Positions 37,711 to 50,938 of a stretch of DNA of 64,000 nt are shown here, one piece after another. The translations under genes and the position numbers were made by a program. Below the pieces are notes generated by a model. It ran no database searches and had not been told where the DNA came from. It saw nothing but the letters and a program-made list of their open reading frames with translations. The stretch is taken from assembly GCA_030390025.1 (NCBI GenBank), contig CM059431.1, forward strand, positions 100,380,001 to 100,444,000, written 5' to 3'. The stretch comes from Squalus acanthias. Lineage: Eukaryota. Position 1 is the stretch's first letter. Each line of letters starts with the position of its first letter.

Positions 37711-38272
37711 AAATTCAAGTACTGCTATTCTAATCTGTATGATCAGCTCTTTCAATCAGAAGAACATATCCTAGCAGTACAGAGGCTGATAAATTACATT
37801 TGAGAGTGTGTTTTTTTTAATTCATTCTTGGGAATGTGGCTGGCAAGGCCCAGCATTTATTGCCCATCCCTAATTGCCCCTTGAGAAGGTGGTGGTGAGC
37901 CGCCTTCTTGAACCGCTGCAGTCCGTGTGGTGAAGGTGCTCCCACAGTGCTGTTAGGGAGGGAGTTCCAGGATTTTGACCCAGCGTGTAGTGATTGTCTG
38001 ATTCAGCCATTATGATCTGGCGTTGAATTTCCATGCACAACAACAACAACAACAACTTGCATTGTGATCAACAGCTTGGCCAAAGAGGTGGGTTTTAGGG
38101 AGCGTCTGAAAGTAGGAGAGAGAGGCGGAGAGGCGGAGAGCATTAGGGAGGGAATTCCAGAGCTTAGGGCCCAGGCAGCTGAAGGCATGGCCACCAATGG
38201 TGGAGCGATGAATGTCGGGGATGCACAAGAGGCCAGAATTGGAGGAGCGCAGAAATCTCGGAGGGTTGTAGG

Positions 38273-40522
38273 CAATGTTCCCTCTAATTTGTTTTTGTGT
38301 GCATGGGCCCTTTAAATTTGCTGTGCAGCATCTTCCAGCAGCAACAGCTTGTGAGCAGCCTGCACGGGACCTCCCGATCGATGCCCGCCCGTGCACCTTA
38401 CATAGAAGCATAGAAACATAGAAGATAGGAGCAGGAGTAGGCCATTCGGCCCCTCGAGCCTGCTCCGCCATTCAATGAGATCATGGCTGATCATCCAAAT
38501 TCAGTACCCTGTCCCTGCCTTCTCCCCATATCCCTTGATCCCTTTAGCCTTAAGAAATATATCTATCTCCTTCTTGAATATATTTAATGAATTGGCCTCA
38601 ACTGCCTTGTGTGGCAGAGAATTCCACAGGTTCACCACTCTCTGGGTGAAGAAATTCCTCCTCATCTCAGTCCTAAATGGCTTACCCCTTATCCTTAGAC
38701 TGTGACCCCTGGTTCTGGACTCCCCTGCCATCGGGAACAGCCTTCCTGCATCTAGTCTGTCTAGTCCTGTTGAATTTTATAAGTTTCGATGAGATCCCCT
38801 CTCATTCTTCTAAGCTCTAGCGAATATAAGCTTAATCGACCCAATCTCTCCTCATACGTCATTCCTGCCATCCCAGGTATCAGTCTGGTGAATCTTCGCT
38901 GCACTCTCTCCTTGACAAGAACATCCTTCCTCAGATAAGGTGACAAAAACTGCACACAATACTCAAGGTGTGGTCTCACCAAGGCCCTGTACAACTGCAA
39001 CAAGACATCCTTGCTCCTGTACTCGAATCCTCTCGCTATGAAGGCCAACATACCATTTGCCTTCTTAACCGCCTGCTGCACCTGCATGCTTACCTTCAGC
39101 GACTGGTGCACAAGGACACCCAGGTCTCGTTGCACTTCCCCTTTTCCCAATCTATTGCCATTCAGATAATAATCTGTCTTCCTGTTTTTGCCACCGAAGT
39201 GGATAACCTCGCATTTATCCACATTATACTGCATTTGCCATGCATCTGCCCAATCACCCAACCTGTCCAAATCATACTGGAGTTTCTCTGCATCCTCCTC
39301 ACAGCACACACGCTCACCCAGCTTTGTGTCATCTGCAAATTTGGAGATATTACATCTAGTTCCCTCGTCTAGATCATTTATATATATATTGTGAATAGCT
39401 GGGTTCCTAGCACCGATCCCTGTGGTACCCCACTAGTCACTGCCTGCCACTCGGAAAAAGACCCGTTTATTCCAACTCTTTGCTTCCTGTCTGCCAACCA
39501 GTTCTCTATCCAAGACAGTACCTTACCCCCAATCCCGTGTGCTTTAACTTTGCACGCTAATCTCTTATGCGGGACCTTATCGAAAGCCTTCTGAAAGTCC
39601 AAATACACCACATCCACTGGTTCTCCCTTATCTATTCTACGAGTTACATCCTCAAAAAGTTCCAGTAGATTAGTCAAGCATGATTTACCTTTTGTAAATC
39701 CATGTTGACTTTGTCCGATCCTGTCACTGTTTTCCAAGTGCTCTGCTATTACATCTTTTATAATGGACTCTAGCATTTCCCCCACTACCGATGTCAGACT
39801 ATAATTCCCCGTTTTCTCTCTACCACCTTTTTTAAATAGTGGGGTTACATTAGTTATCCTCCAATCCATGGGAACTGTTCCAGAGTCTATAGAATTTTGG
39901 AAGATGACCAGCAATGCATCTACTATTTCTAGGGCCACTTCCTTAAGTACCCTAGGATGTAGATTATCAGGCCCTGGGGATTTATCGGCCTTCAATCCTG
40001 TCAATTTCCCTAACACCATTTCCCTACAAATACTGATTTCATTCAGTTCCTCCCTCTCATTAGACCCTATGTTCCCTGACATCTCTGGGAGGTTATTTGT
40101 GTCCTCCTTTGTGAAGACAGAACCAAAGTATGTATTTAATTGGTCTGCCATTTCTTTGTTCCCCATTATAAATTCCCCTGATTCCTACGCTTGACTTCAC
40201 CAATCTTTTTCTCTTCACATATATCTATAGAAGCTTTTACAGTCAGTTTTTATGTTCCCTGCAGGCTTACTCTCATAATCTATTTTCCCCCTCTTAATTA
40301 ATCCCTTTGTCCTCCTTTGCTGAATCCTAAACTGCTCCCAATCCTCAGGTTTGCTGCTTTTTCTGGCCAAATTATATGTCCTCTCCTTGGATCTTATGCT
40401 ATCCCTAATTTCCCTTGTTAGCCACGGTTGAGTCACCTTTTTTGTTTTATTTTTATGCCAAACAGGGATGAACAAATTCTGTAGTTCATCCATGTGATCT
40501 TTAAATCTTAGGGGGAACATTG
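38273..40522. mobile_element. hAT-type MITE inserted in an L2 fragment and itself split by a CR1
   Basis: TIR caatgttccc / gggaacattg with perfect 8-bp TSD gttgtagg (38265-38272 / 40523-40530). Confidence 0.85.
38401..40505 (-). mobile_element. 2.1-kb CR1 LINE (RT domain to 3' tail)
   Basis: ORFs 39378-40166 ([31 protein letters not shown]), 38761-39309 and 38501-38731; (ttctatg) tail. Confidence 0.92.
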
Positions 40523-41998
40523 GTTGTAGGGCCGGAGGAGGTTACAGAGATAGGGAGGGGGTGAGGCCATGGAGGGATTTGAACACAAGGATGAGAATCT
40601 GCAGTGGGAAATTCACATGGCATCATCCTTACACTTGTGCCCCGCTGACCCTCAGTATAGTTGTGTGGAACGTCCCTTCTCTATGGGTTGCGTAAACCTG
40701 GCGTACAGGAACGGAGAAGGCGCCCTTTGGTCCATCTCGCTGACCCTGGCATTCAGAAACAGAACGCATAGTTCACTGCCGATACCCTCGGTTGAATTCC
40801 TCACCAAATGTTTGTGTAACTCTCTCTGAAAAGCACTGATATTACCAGCCTCCCTGGGGCACTCTGTTCCAAATATTCACCACCCCTGTCTGTGAAATAG
40901 TTAAATCTGTTCCGTCCATTCACCTACCCTCTTCTGAGCTTCATCCCCTGCCCTCGATTATTGGCTGTCCGCAGGGTTCATCAGGGTTGATGCTCTTGAG
41001 GATCTTGACCGCCTCAATAAAATCCTCTCTGCCTTGTAAACAAACTCGTCTTCTGTAGACTCTCCTTGTAACTGGCACTGGAGAAGGTTCAAAAAAGATT
41101 TACAACGGATGATACCAGAACTGAGAGGGTATAACTATCAGGAAAGACTGAACAGGCTGGGGCTCTTTTCTCTAGAAAAGGAGAAGGCTGAGGGATGACC
41201 TGATAGAGGTCTTTAAAATTATGAAGGGGTTCGATAGGATAGACGCAGAGAAGATGTTTCCACTTGTGGGGAGTCCAGAACTAGGGGCCATCAAAATAAG
41301 ATTGTCACTAATAAATCCAATAGGGAATTCAGGAGAAACTTCTTTACTCAGAGAGTGGTGAGAATGTGAAACTTAGGGATGGGCAATAAATGCTGGCCTT
41401 GCCAGTGACACCCACATCCCATGAACGAATAAAAAAGGAGTGGTTGAGGCGAATAGCATAAATTTCTTTAAGGGGAAGCTAGGTAAACACATGAGGGAGA
41501 AAGGATGAGAAGGATATGCTGATAGGGTGAGATGAAGAGGGGTGGGAGGAGGCTGGTGTGGAGCAGAAACACCGGCACGGAGCAGTTGGGCCGAATGGCC
41601 TGTTTCTGTGCTGTATAGTTGATGTAACTCTGAGGCCAGATATCAGATCAGAAGCCCTTTCGGCCACATTTGCAGCCTCATAATTTGACAACCACAACTG
41701 CATGGAATGTTCTAGATGGCGACGAGCTCAATCTCGCGTCCTGTGATTTGTGCTCTGTTCCGTTCACTGCACGAACTCAGGATCCTGTTTGTTGTTGCTG
41801 GACAGTGAGGACAGTATCAATGATCTATCCCACCGATACTCCCAAATCCTCATCCTAAAGATTAAAACCATATCCTTTATATTCCCAATCTTTTAATTCA
41901 TCTTCTCTTGGTCTCATCACGCTGCATTTGTCGACATTGAATTTAATTTTCCATTCGCTGTTTCTCAGCTGATCAGCCTGCTCTTTTCTATTTGCAGC

Positions 41999-42598
41999 CA
42001 ATGTTCCCGTTAGGCTGTGTGGCCGCGCGGCAGTCTGGAGGTCCCGCGCGGCGGTCTGGAGGTCCCGCGGGGCGGTCTGGAGGTCCCGCGGGGCGGTCTG
42101 GAGGTCCCTCGGGGCGGTCTGGAGGTCCCTCGGGGCGGTCTGGAGGTCCCGCGGGGCGGTCTGGAGGTCCCGCGCGGCGGTCTGGAGGTCCCGCGCGGCG
42201 GTCTGGAGGTCCCGCGGGGCGGTCTGGAGGTCCCGCGGGGCGGTCTGGAGGTCCCGCGCGGCGGTCTGGAGGTCCCGCGCGGCGGTCTGGAGGTCCCGCG
42301 GGGCGGTCTGGAGGTCCCGCGGGGCGGTCTGGAGGTCCCGCGCGGCGGTCTGGAGGTCCCGCGCGGCGGTCTGGAGGTCCCGCGGGGCGGTCTGGAGGTC
42401 CCGCGCGGCGGTCTGGAGGTCCCGCGGGGCGGTCTGGAGGTCCCGCGGGGCGGTCTGGAGGTCCCGCGGGGCGGTCTGGAGGTCCCGCGCAGCTGACTCT
42501 CTGGTTGAATGGAAAAACCGCGCACGCATGGAAATTTGAATGGGCCGTGCAGCCCGTTAAAGGGGCCGCGCACCCAAAAAAAATTAGAGGGGGCATTG
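41999..42598. mobile_element. hAT-type MITE with internal 21-bp GC-rich array (about 22 units, 42025-42490)
   Basis: TIR caatgttccc / ggggcattg, TSD tttgcagc / tttgcaac, unit ggcggtctggaggtcccgcg(c/g). Confidence 0.82.
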
Positions 42599-42644
42599 TT
42601 TGCAACCCCTCCCCACTCCCACACAATTGGTGTCATTGTCCAAA

Positions 42645-45118
42645 CTCGCCTCTGAGTCAGAATGTTGTGGGTTCGAGTCCCACTCCAGATACTTGAGCAC
42701 AAAAAGCTAGGCTGACACTCCCAGCGCAGTACTGAGGGAGCGCTGCACTTTCGGAGGGGCAGTACTGATGGAGCGCCGCACTGTCAGAGGGGCAGTACTG
42801 AGGGAGCGCCGCACTGTCAGAGGGGCAGTACTGAGGGAGCACCGCACTGTAGGAGAGGCAGTACTGAGGGAGCGCTGCACTGTCGGGGGGTCAGTACTGA
42901 GGGAGCGCCGCACTGTCAGAGGGGCAGTACTGAGGGAGCGCCGCACTGTCGGAGGGGCAGTACTGAGGGAGTGCCGCACTGTCGGAGGGGCAGTACTGAG
43001 GGGAGCGCCGCACTGTCAGAGGGGCAGTACTGAGGGAGCGCCGCACTGTCGGAGGGGCAGTACTGAGGGTGTGCCGCACTGTCGGAGGGGCAGTACTGAT
43101 GGAGCGCCGCACTGTCAGAGGGGCAGTACTGAGGGAGCGCTGCACTGTCAGACGGGCAGTACTGAGGGAGCGCTGCACTGTCGGGGGGTCAGTACTGAGG
43201 GAGCGCCGCACTGTCAGAGGGGCAGTACTGAGGGAGCGCCGCACTGTCGGAGGGGCAGTACTGAGGGAGTGCCGCACTGTCGGAGGGGCAGTACTGAGGG
43301 AGTGCCGCACTGTCGGAGGGGCAGTACTGATGGAGCGCCGCACTGTCGGAGGGGCAGTACTGAGGGAGCGCTGCACTGTCGGAGGGTCAGTACTGAGGGA
43401 GCGCTGCACTGTCGGAGGGGCAGTACTGAGGGAGCGCCGCACTGTCGGAGGGGCAGTACTGAGGGAGCGCTGCACTGTCGGAGGGGCAGTACTGAGGGAA
43501 CGCCGCACTGTCGGAGGGGCAGTACTGAAGGAGCGCCGCACTGTCGGAGGGGCAGTACTGAGGGAGCGCCGCACTGTCGGAGGGGCAGTACTGAGGGAAC
43601 GCCGCACTGTCGGAGGAGCAGTACTGAGGGAGTGCTGCACTGTCGGATGGCAGTACTGAGGGTGCGCTGCACTGTCGGAGGGGCAGTACTGAGGGAACGC
43701 TGCACTGTCGGAGGGGCAGTACAGAGGGAGCGCCGCACTGTCGGATGGCAGTACTGAGGGAGCGCTGCCCTGTCGGGGGGCAGTAATGAGGGAGCACCGC
43801 ACTGTCGGAGGGGCAGTACTGAGGGAGTGATGCACTGTCGGAGGGGCAGTACTGAGGGAGCGCTGCACTGTCGGAGGGGCAGTACTGAGGGTGCGCTGCA
43901 CTGTCGGAGGGCAGTACTGAGGGAGCACCGCACTGTCGGAGGGGCAGTACTGAGGGAGTGATGCACTGTCGGAGGGGCAGTACTGAGGGAGCGCTGCACT
44001 GTCGGAGGGGCAGTACTGAGGGTGCGCTGCACTGTCGGAGGGCAGTACTGAGGGAGCACCGCACTGTCGGAGGGGCAGTACTGAGGGAGTGATGCACTGT
44101 CGGAGGGGCAGTACTGAGGGAGCGCTGCACTGTCGGAGGAGCAGTACTGAGGGAGCGCTGCACTGTCGGAGGGGCAGTACTGAGGGTGCGCTGCACTGTC
44201 GGAGGGGCAGTACAGAGGGAGCGCCGCACTGTCGGAGGGGCAGCACTGAGGGAGCACCGCACTGTCGGAGGGGCAGTACTGAGGGAGAGCTGCACTGTCG
44301 GAGGGGCAGTGCTGAGGGAGCGCCGCACTGTCGGAGGGGCAGTACTGAGGGAGAGCTGCACTGTCGGAGGGGCAGTGCTGAGGGAGCGCCGCACTGTTGG
44401 AGGGGCAGTACTGAGGGAGCACTGCACTGTCGGAGGGGCAGTACTGAGGGAGCGCCGCACTGTTGGAGGGGCGGTACTGAGGGAGCGCCACATTGTCGGA
44501 GGGGCAGTACTGAGGGAGCGCCGCACTGTTGGAGGGGCAGTACTGAGGGAGCGCCGCATTGTCGGAGGGGCAGTACTGAGGGAGCGCTGCACTATCGGAG
44601 GTGCAGTACTGAGGGAGCGCTGCACTGTCGGAGGGGCAGTACTGAGGGAGCGCCGCACTGTCGGAGGGGCAGTACTGAGGGAGAGCCGCACTGTCGGAGG
44701 GGCAGTACTGAGGGAGAGCCGCACTGTCGGAGGGGCAGTACTGAGGGAGAGCCGCACTGTCGGAGGGGCAGTACTGAGGGAGCGCCGCACTGTCAGAGGT
44801 GCCGTCTTCCAGATGAGATGTTAAACCGAGGTCCCGTCTGCTCTGACGTGGATATAAAAGATCCCATGTCACTATTTTGAAGAAGAGCAGGGGAGTTCTC
44901 CCCGGTGTCCTGGGTCCAATATTTATCCCTCAACCAACATCACTAAAACAGATTATCTGGTCATTATCACCTTGCTTATTGTGGGAGCTTGCTGTGCGCA
45001 TATTGGCTGCCGCGTTTCCTACATTACAACAGTGACTGCACTTCAAATAGTTCTTGATTGGCTTTAAAGCGCTTTGGGACGTCCTGAGGTTGTGAAAGGC
45101 GCTATAGAAATGCAAGTC
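42645..45118 (+). mobile_element. Deu-domain SINE with a 2-kb 33-bp array (about 63 units, 42725-44797)
   Basis: B box gggttcgagtccc, array, Deu core, tail. Confidence 0.9.
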
Positions 45119-45357
45119 GTTCGTGTGTTCTTGTTGCTTGGTTTGTGTGTGTGTGGACACCACACCCAGAGTCACTGCTACCATCTGACAGAAGTGGTTG
45201 CAAGTCTGATTAACGAGGTGGATTTCATGGGCACCTCGGGGACTTCAAACCATAACAGAGGTCGTGCAAAGCAAACTGATTTACTAGTAGAACAGAAAGG
45301 TAATAGCCGCCTTCTCATGGACTTTATAAATCATTGATAATCTCAATTGACCAATCA

Positions 45358-45770
45358 GGGGTATGGCAGCATAGTGGTTATGTTACTGGACTAGTAATCC
45401 AGAGGCCTGGACTAATGATCCAGAGATGTGAGTTCAAATCCCACCACGGCAGCTGGGAAATTTAAATTCAGTTAATTAAATAAATCTGGAATAAAAAGCT
45501 AGTGTCAGTAATGGTGACCATGAAACTACCGGATTGTTGTAAAAACCCATCTGGTTCACTAATGTCCTTTAGGGAAGGAAATCTGCCGTCCTTACCCGGT
45601 CTGGCCTATATGTGACTCCAGACCCACAGGAATGTTGTTGACTCTTCACTGAAATGGCCCAGCAAGCCACTCAGTTGTATAAGGCGGCTCACCACCACCT
45701 TCTCGAGGGCAATTAGGAATGGGCAATAATTTGCCAGCGACGCCCACATCCCGTGAATGAATAAATAAAA
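45358..45770 (+). mobile_element. Second tRNA-derived SINE family (degenerate copy at 23320-23615)
   Basis: A-box-like agcatagtgg and B box gagttcaaatccc. Its 3' tail aaggcggctcaccaccaccttctc is shared with LINE fragments at 9650-9901 and 37815-37985. Confidence 0.7.
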
Positions 45771-46427
45771 CCCATCCCATTTATAAAAATTGTATAAGAT
45801 GCAGAAAAGGTTGGATTCGAGACCCGTCTAAATACACAGGTCTGCTTGAACCAATGCTGGATTCAAAGAATACTATTTTTTTTAAATATATAATCGCATC
45901 TTGTAGGAGTTTATGAAAATATTCACTGACCTTTGTGTAGAGGGATGGTTCAATCATGCTAATTTTAGTGCGTTTAAAGGTTAAACTAGAGGCACCTGCA
46001 TGGCAGCCAATTCTCTCAAAAGCTGATCCACAGCAAGTGATGAGCCAGAAATGTCCAGTTCACTTCTGTGGGCGTCAACAATAATTATCACATTCCAGGG
46101 CCGTGGAATCAGTGACTTTTGTTTTTGCTTTGTGGTTTAATTATCACAGCAGTTTGCACTGTGCGCTATTTTCGAACGCATTTTTAGAAAGCTATCCAGT
46201 GGAATAAATAGAATCTTTAAATAATAATCAAATCTTTGGCAGCATCTGTAGGTTACACCGTGTAATCCACAGTCATTTGCTGCAGTGTCTTCAAGTTCTC
46301 CGTCTCAGTGTTGAATATTTAAAACAGCTCTGCCCGACAAAGCATAAGATTCTTTGTCTATATTCAAGTTACAGAGTAGGCCAGGAATATAGTGAAATGA
46401 TATTTTTTAAGAACCCTTGCTATTGAG

Positions 46428-47040
46428 AACATAAGAAGTAGGAACAGGAGTCGGCCATTCGGCCCCTCAAGCCTGCTCCGTCATTCAATGTGATCACAGA
46501 ATCATAGAATGGTTACAGCACAGAAGGAGGCCATTCGGCCCGTCGAGCCCGTGCCGGCTCTCTGCAAGAGCACTTCAGCTAGTCCCACTCCCCCCGCTCT
46601 TTCCCCGTAGCCCTGTGAATTTTTTTCCTTCAGGTACTTATCCAATTCCCTTTTGTGAGCCATGATTGAATCTGCCTCCACCACCCTCTCAGGCAGCGCA
46701 TTCTAGATCCCAACCACTCGCTGCATAAAAAAGTTTTTCCTCATATTGTTCATGGCTGAACTTCGACCTCAACTCCACTTTCCCGCCCGATCCCCATATC
46801 CCTCGATTCCCCTAGAGTCTGAAAATCTATCTAACTCAGTCTTGAATATACTCAACGACTGAGCATCCACAGCCCTCTGGGGCAGAGAATTCCAAAGATT
46901 CACAACCCTCTGAGTGAAGAAATTTCTCCTCATCTCAGTCCTAAATGGCCGACCCCTTATCCTGAGACTGTGACCCCTGGTTCTAGACTCTCCAGCCAGG
47001 GGGAAACAGGCTCTCAGCATCTACCTTGCCAATCCCCTTA
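46428..47040 (-). mobile_element. Nested CR1 3' fragments; similar fragments at 41075-41625, 48460-48935, 51660-52265, 52822-53378, 61090-61412 and 63890-64000
   Basis: CR1 ORF2 C-terminal and 3' UTR motifs. Confidence 0.85.
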
Positions 47041-47209
47041 TTCGTATTGGAAAAATATATTGACGTGTTCAAAAGCTAACCTCGCTGATTTGTCAGGTTC
47101 CATAAATGTCATCGAGATTGTCGATGCTGTGTGTTGTGGTCACATGGGCCCATGATTCCTGTTAGTGAATCAATAAATGTAATAGTGGGAGAGGGAAAAT
47201 GACACAATG

Positions 47210-47876
47210 CTGTCTGTCTGTCTCTCTCTCTTTCTGTCTCTCTCACTCTCGCTGTCTGTCTCTCTCTCCTTGTGTCTGTCTCTCTCTGTCTCTCTCACTC
47301 TCGCTGTTTGTCTCTCTCCTTGTGTCTGTCTCTCCCTCTCTCTCTGTCTGTCTCTCTGTGTCTATCTGTGTGTCTTTCTCTGTGTCTGTCTCTCGCTGTC
47401 TGTCTCTCTCTCTCCGTCTCTTTCTGTCTCTCTCTGTCTGTCTTTCTCTCTCTGTCTCTCTCTCGCTCTCTCTTTCTGTCTGTCTCTCACTCCATCTCTG
47501 TCTGTCTGTCTGTCTATGTCTATCTGTGTCTGTCTTTCTCTCTCTGTCTCTCTCTCTCTGACTCTCTGTCTCTCTCGCTCTCTGTCTGTGTCTCGCTGTC
47601 TCTCTCTCTCTGTCCGTCTCTCTCTCTCTCTCCCTGTCTATCTAGCTCTCTGTGCCTCTCTGTCTCTCTCTGTGTCTCTCTCTCTGTGTCTCTCTCTCTG
47701 TGTCTCTCTCTCTGTGTGTCTCTCTCTCTGTCTCTCTCTCTGTTTCTCTCCCTCTCTGTCTCTCTCTGTCTCTCTCTCTCTCCCTGTCTATCTGTCTGTG
47801 CCTCTCTCTCTCTCCCTGTCTATCTATCTGTCTCTCTCTGTGTCTCTCTCTGTGTCTCTCTCGCTCTCTCTCTCTG

Positions 47877-47909
<33 letters not shown>

Positions 47910-48030
47910 GTGTCTCTCTCTCTGTCTCTCTCTCTCCCTGTCTATCTATCTGTCTCTCTCTGTGTCTCTCGCTCTTGCTCTCTCTCTCTTGCTCTCTCTC
48001 TCTCTCTGTCTCTCTGTCTGTCTTTGACTC
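47210..48030. repeat. (CT)n/(CTGT)n polypyrimidine microsatellite, about 0.8 kb
   Basis: Direct inspection. Confidence 0.97.
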
Positions 48031-49799
48031 TTGAGTGTTTAAGGCTCTTCCATATATGCAAATCTTTTTTGTCATCCTTCAGCTGAATAGCAATTAGGCA
48101 TCTGACTAAAATGATCAGATCTCTATCTGACGTGTTAGCTAACCGATCAGTAGTCTTTGGGGTCTTTTGAAACGGTGTATTTTAAAACAGTAAGAATTCT
48201 CGCAGCTTGTGAATGTCCATCGTTTCCTTCGAACCCCGCTGTTACATTCTGGAGCCACCAGGTGGTGCCTGGGTAAACACATGTCGGTGATGTTGAGGTT
48301 ACTCTGTCCTTCTGTCAGATTTAAAGCTCACCCTGTGTCTGCTGCACATTCATTCCTTTTTGGGCCACAGCTCCTCCCCCTCAGCCCAGTTTTTTTGCCT
48401 CCTCCCCCTAGTACCAGCAAGATCTTGCTTTAATGACCACTCCCAGTAAGTTTAGACACAAGAACATAAGACGTAGGAGCAGGAGTCGGCCATTCGGCCC
48501 CTCGAACCTGCTCCGCCATTTAATAAGATCATGGCTGATCTTCGACCTCAACTCCACTTTCCTGCCGATCCCTATATCCCTTGATTCCCCGAGAATCCAA
48601 AAATCTATCGATCTCAGTCTTGAATATACTCAACGACTGAGCCTCCACTGCCCTCTGGGGCAGAGAATTCCAAAGATTCACCACCCTCTGAGTGAAGAAA
48701 TTTCTCCTCATCTCAGTCCTAAATGGCCGACCTCTTATCCTGAGATTGTGACCCCTGGTTCTAGACTCCCCAGCCAGGGGGAAACATCCTCCCTGCATCT
48801 ACCCTGTCAATCCCCTTCAGAATCTTATGTTTCAATGAGATCACCTCTCATTCTTCTAAACTCCAGAGAGTAAAGGCCCATTCTACACAATCTCTCCTCA
48901 TAGGACAACCCTCTCATCCCAGGAATCAATCTAGACAACAACGTGCATTTATGTAGCGCCTTTAATGTAGTAAAACCTCCCGAATCGCTTCACAGGAGCG
49001 TTACCGGGCAAACTTTGACACCGAGCCACAAAGGGAGATATTGGAACAGGTAAGAGGTCGGTTTTAAGGAGCATTCTAAAGGAGGAGAGAGAGGTGGAGA
49101 GGTTTAGGGAGGGAATTCCAGAGCTTAGGGCCCCAGGCGGCTGAAGGCACGGCCGCCAATGGTTGAGCGATGAAAATCGGGGATGCTCAAGAGGGCAGAA
49201 TTGGAGGAGCGCAGAGATCTGGGAGGGTTGTAGAGGATGGAGGAGGTTACAGAGATAGGGAGAGGGGCGAGGCCATGGAAGAATTTGAAAACAAGAATGA
49301 GAATTTTAAAATCGAGGCGTTGCCGGACCGGGAGCCAGTGTAGGTCGGCGAGCACAGGGGGTGTGAATGGGTGCGAGTTAGAACACGGGCAGCAGAGTGT
49401 TGGATTGTGCAGAGCATCGCAGCGAAATATGATCCGACCGGCATCTGACCTGCGTGCCCCTGACACAGCATTCGGACAAAAACGTTAGTGTGCTGCAGCA
49501 ACTCGACCCTGATGAGGGTGGATTTGTATCCCAAGCTTGACTGAGATTTGAACTCGGCTGCTCGGCATGTGTCCATAGTTGGAGTGTCTGTTGGAGTAGT
49601 GTGCGGTGGTAGTGCACTTAATCTTGGCAGTGTCAAACAGGAGTGAGCGCTTTGTCCATTGATTGTGGATTGGCATCGATACTGGCACAGTCCACTCTGG
49701 TGGAAGGAGAAGCAAAGGGGCCAAAATGGGGGAAAGGCCAATGTCAAATGGTGAAGTTGACAAGTTGCGCTTTCATTATCTTCTAGTGTTTGAAATTGA

Positions 49800-50938
49800 A
49801 AGACTTGCATTTCTATAGCACCTTTCACGACCACCGGATGTCCCAAAGCGCTTTACAGCCAATGAAGTACTGTTGTAATGTAGGAAACGCGGCAGCCAAT
49901 TTGTGCACAGCAAGCTCCCACAAACTGCAATGTGATAATGATCAGATAATCTGTTTTAGTGATGTTGGTTGAGGGATTAATATTGACCCAGGACACCGGG
50001 GATAACTCCCCTGCTCTTCTTCAAAATAGTGCCATGGGATCTTTTACATCCACCTGAGAGAGAGCAGACGGGGCCTCGGTTTAACGTCTCATCCGAAAGA
50101 CGGCACCTCCGACAGTGCGGCGCTCCCTCAGTACCGCCCCTCCGACAGTGCGGCGCTCCCTCAGTACCGCCCCTCCGACAGTGCGGCACTCCCTCAGTAC
50201 TGCCCCTCCGTCAGTGCGGCGCTCCCTCAGTACTGCCCCTCCGACAGTGCGGCGCTCCCTCAGTACTGCCCCTCCGACAGTGCGGCGCTCCCTCAGTACT
50301 GCCCCTCCGACAGTGCGGCGCTCCCTCAGTACTGCCCCTCCGACAGTGCGGCGCTCCCTCAGTACTGCTCCTCCGACAGTGCGGCGCTCCCTCAGTACTG
50401 CCCCTCCGACAGTGCGGCGCTCCCTCAGTACTGCCCCTCCGACAGTGCGGCGCTCCCTCAGTACTGCCCCTCCGACAGTGCGGCGCTCCCTCAGTACTGC
50501 TCCTCCGACAGTGCGGCGCTCCCTCAGTACTGCCCCTCTGACAGTGCGGCGCTCCCTCAGTACTGCCCCTCCGACAGTGCAGCACTCCCTCAGTACTGCC
50601 CCTCCGACAGTGCTGCGCTCCCTCAGTACTGCCCCTCCGACAGTGCGGCGCTCCCTCAGTACTGCCCCTCCGACAGTGCGGCGCTCCCTCAGTACTGCCC
50701 CTCCGACAGTGCGGCGCTCCCTCAGTACTGCCCCTCCGACAGTGCGGCGCTCCCTCAGTACTGCCCCTCCGACAGTGCAGCGCTCCCTCAGTACTGCCCC
50801 TCCGACAGTGTGGCGCTCCCTCAGTACTGCACGGGGAGTGTCAAACTTGATTTTTGTGCTCAAGTCTCTGGAGTGGGACTTGAACCCACAACCTTCTGAC
50901 TCAGAAGCGAGGGTGCTGCCCACTGAGCCACGGCTGAC
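49800..50938 (-). mobile_element. Deu-domain SINE with 33-bp array (about 22 units, 50108-50832)
   Basis: Complete head, core and tail plus the array. Confidence 0.9.

Noticed and set aside
42725..44797. 33-bp palindromic repeats resembling a CRISPR array (also 11205, 12434, 21708, 50108)
   Set aside because: Units are contiguous with no unique spacers, there are no cas genes, the context is vertebrate, and the arrays lie inside SINEs.
42768..44880. Long ORFs (up to 552 aa) in several frames over the 33-bp arrays, and similar ORFs over the 21-bp array at 42025-42490
   Set aside because: Stop-free by-products of repeat units whose lengths are multiples of 3. They are open on both strands and have no gene context.
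47199..48086. Ser/Leu/Cys/Val-rich ORFs
   Set aside because: Translation of a (CT)n microsatellite.
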